From the human T2T-CHM13v2.0 reference genome, Homo sapiens: 64,000 nt of DNA. Under the pieces are notes generated by a model. That model had not been told where the DNA came from. It made no database searches and saw nothing but the letters and a program-made list of their open reading frames with translations. Both the position numbers and the translations under genes were made by a program. Positions 61,303 through 64,000 of this stretch are shown piece after piece; position 1 is the first letter of the stretch, and every line of letters starts with the position of its first letter. The stretch lies in NCBI RefSeq assembly GCF_009914755.1, contig NC_060933.1, one strand, 5' to 3'.

Positions 61303-64000
61303 TCAGGAGGCTGAGGCAGGAGAATCGCTTGAACCCAAGAGGCAGCAGCTGCCGTGAGCCGAGATCCTGCTACTGCACTCCAGCCTGGGTGACAGAGTGA
61401 GAGTCCATCTCAAAAAAAAAAAAAAAAAAAAAAAAAGACAGTGGTGGGTGTTTTATAACCACACAAATACTCAGGACTCTGAGATTGGGACGTTACCTTT
61501 AGCAGAACAGGTAAAGCACCATCAATGCACATTTAGAAATCGTCAGGACATTGCATATCAGATGAAGAAGCAGGAGGCATCAGCACTGGCCTGCGGGTGG
61601 GACAAGGGAATGTCATAATATTTCAGACCCCTTGATGTCACCACCTTTAAGAAGCAATATGGGGAAGCTGAACTAGGTGTGTCACACTGTGATCCATTGC
61701 AAAAGGGACTCATTTACCTCATGGTGGGGATAGTATTTTAAAGTGTTTAGTTTCAGAAGTTTTCCTTCTTGAAAACACTCAAAACTTGTGTTTACTTGAA
61801 AATAAACAGTGTCAGATTTTTCATTAGGGGCAAAACAGAAAGCAACGAGAGATTCTCAAGGACGCTATTGGGCTGATACACTGATACCAAATGCAGTGGA
61901 TGGGCAAGGAAGTAACAAGCGGAAGCAATGTATGTACACGGTGCATAATTCCTCTTTAGTGAGTTTGAGATGCGTGTGAGACTGTCCCATGGCTTCCCAC
62001 CCCAGGAGCTGCTACCTTGTAGAGTCCAGTCATCCACTTGATGAGGATGGTGTTCATTTTCCTTATCACCCTCTCCCTCAATTTTTATCTGAGAGATGGA
62101 ATTATGAGTTACAGGAGGAAGGAGTAAGAGGCACATCAAAGCCTTTTTGTGTGGCTTTGAATAAGCGGCCTTATTGGTTTGGGGTTGTTAGCTTTGGGTG
62201 TGCTATTTTCATCATGAAGCACCTGGGGTTTGTTTTTTTCTAAAAGATGTAGATAAACTAGAGAGAATCCAGGGGAAGGGCAACAAAAATGATGTATGAC
62301 TTGGAGAGAAGGAGAATAACAGTCTATAAATATTTGAAAGGTAATATAAAAGAGGGAGAGAGATTATTTACAGCAGTGGAGAGGAGTTTGACAGGGAACA
62401 AAAGCATGCATCTAGGAGCAGGGGGAAATTGGGTAGGACTGAAAAAAAACAAAGCATAATAAGGGTGATTAAGCAAAGAAATGTAATTCTCACATTAGTT
62501 TGTGTTTCCAGGATGCAGGATGGTAGGAGGAAGAAGTGACGTTTGTCAAACTGAAGATCCACACACGACTATGAATCACGTTTTCCTAATTCCTCTCTGT
62601 GAAGCCAGGAGAGCGGGCAGTGCTTTATTCTGTGCCTCCTAAGCATGCAGTCGGTTTAATTCTCAACTCTTTGGCATTATGTTTTCATAGGTGGTAGTAA
62701 TAATTATAACCCGAGTAGCTCTCATTTACCGAGTGTCTGCCTTGTGGCAGGTGTTGTCTTAGCTGCTTTGTTATTTATATTTTCATTTAATCTTTACGGC
62801 AACTCTGTAAATAGGAAGTATGTTTTTCCAATTATAGGGAAATTGAGGTTTAGTAACTTCCACAAGATGGCATGTGTATTAAGTGGTGGAGGTGGAACTC
62901 AAACCCGGGTCTGTGACCCACAGCCCATGCTCATGCCCTACATCGGGCTCCATTACTCTGTCATTGTGGTCATGAGAGTAGTAACTGGGACCCAGTAGGT
63001 GGCCAGGTGGTTTGTATCTTGGTACAAGGGTAAGTAAAATAGTTGATGTCCAAGGCTCCCTTTGCTTTCTTTTTCTCTTATTTTCCTTTCTTGAGATATA
63101 TTTTCTCTGTAAGTGCTGTGTTATTAACATACTACATTTTATCATTCTGTAAATTAAGTTATACTATATGCTTTTAGTCATCTTTGTGGTTATATAGTGA
63201 TATGTACAATCTCACTTAGGAAATCAACAATTGTTGTTTTTTATTTTGAGACAGGGTCTCTATCGCCCAGGCTGGAGTGCAGTCGTGTGATCACAGCTCA
63301 CTGCAGCCTTGACTTCCTGGGCTCAAGCAGTCCTCCCACCTCAGCCTCCTGATTAGCTGGGACTACAGGCGCAAGCCACCATGCCCGGCTAAGTTTTGTA
63401 TTTTTTTGTAGAGATGGGGTTTTACCATGTTGCCCAGGGTGGTCTCAAACTCCTAAGCTCAAGCGATCTGCCTGTTTCTGCCTCCCAGAGTGCTGGGATT
63501 ACAGGCCTGACCACTGCACCTGGCCTGAAAGAAAGTATTTTACAAGGCAAGCATTATCCTGGATCTTACAGGGGATCTCTTAGCTGTATTCTATATTTGC
63601 CTCAGCTTTCTGTCTCTGATATTTGATAATATCCGGTGTATTGATGATTGCTTTAAAAAAACAAAATTCACAGAATTCTTCACTACTTAGAATAAAAGTG
63701 AAGAGCTGTGTGTCTGGGTTTTTCATGTCATTGCAAGAAGTTACCAAACCTGGAATCAAAAGGCCTGGGTTTCAATCGCAGTTCCAGCTATGTTTCTTTG
63801 TGTGCTGGGCACCTTTCTAAGCACAGCTAGCTCCTCTGTCTTGGGCCATTGTACCTCCTGGTCTTCAACCTTACAAGGTTATCGTAGGTAGCGTTTGAAA
63901 GAATATACATAAAATGTTGTTTATGAATTGCAGAGTATACTTAAATGAAAAATGTTAAGTTTAAAAGTTAGCATCGGCTGGGCACGTTGGCTCATGCCTA

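Overview
Human genomic DNA (Alu-dense, with a human-specific AluYb9) covering about 36 kb upstream of DMRT1 (9p24.3), its CpG-island promoter, coding exon 1 (36346-36699, DM domain), intron 1, exon 2 (41466-41649) and the first ~22 kb of intron 2, all on the + strand. No other protein-coding gene, RNA gene or CRISPR array is supportable. Almost all other ORFs in the track are Alu, L1, SVA or microsatellite read-throughs. Much of the window is retroelement: roughly 70 Alus or Alu fragments, old L1M/L2/MIR, two MaLR LTRs, three MER DNA-transposon fossils, a 5'-truncated L1PA and a full-length older-subfamily SVA in intron 2. I found no evidence for a wholly new gene system. The best second-look items are: a 1.48 kb (GT/GGT) complex repeat; a fossil Alu-Alu inversion with swapped TSDs that flips a piece of L1; a near zero-spacer inverted Alu pair; three micro template-switch hairpins inside Alus; an AluYb9 likely to be polymorphic; a T24 homopolymer that sets the frame of the Alu-derived tail of a truncated DMRT1 isoform; a possible DM-less isoform; and several motif-dense non-repeat islands that may be gonadal enhancers. 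Repeat family calls come from recognising consensus sequence by eye, and their boundaries are approximate.
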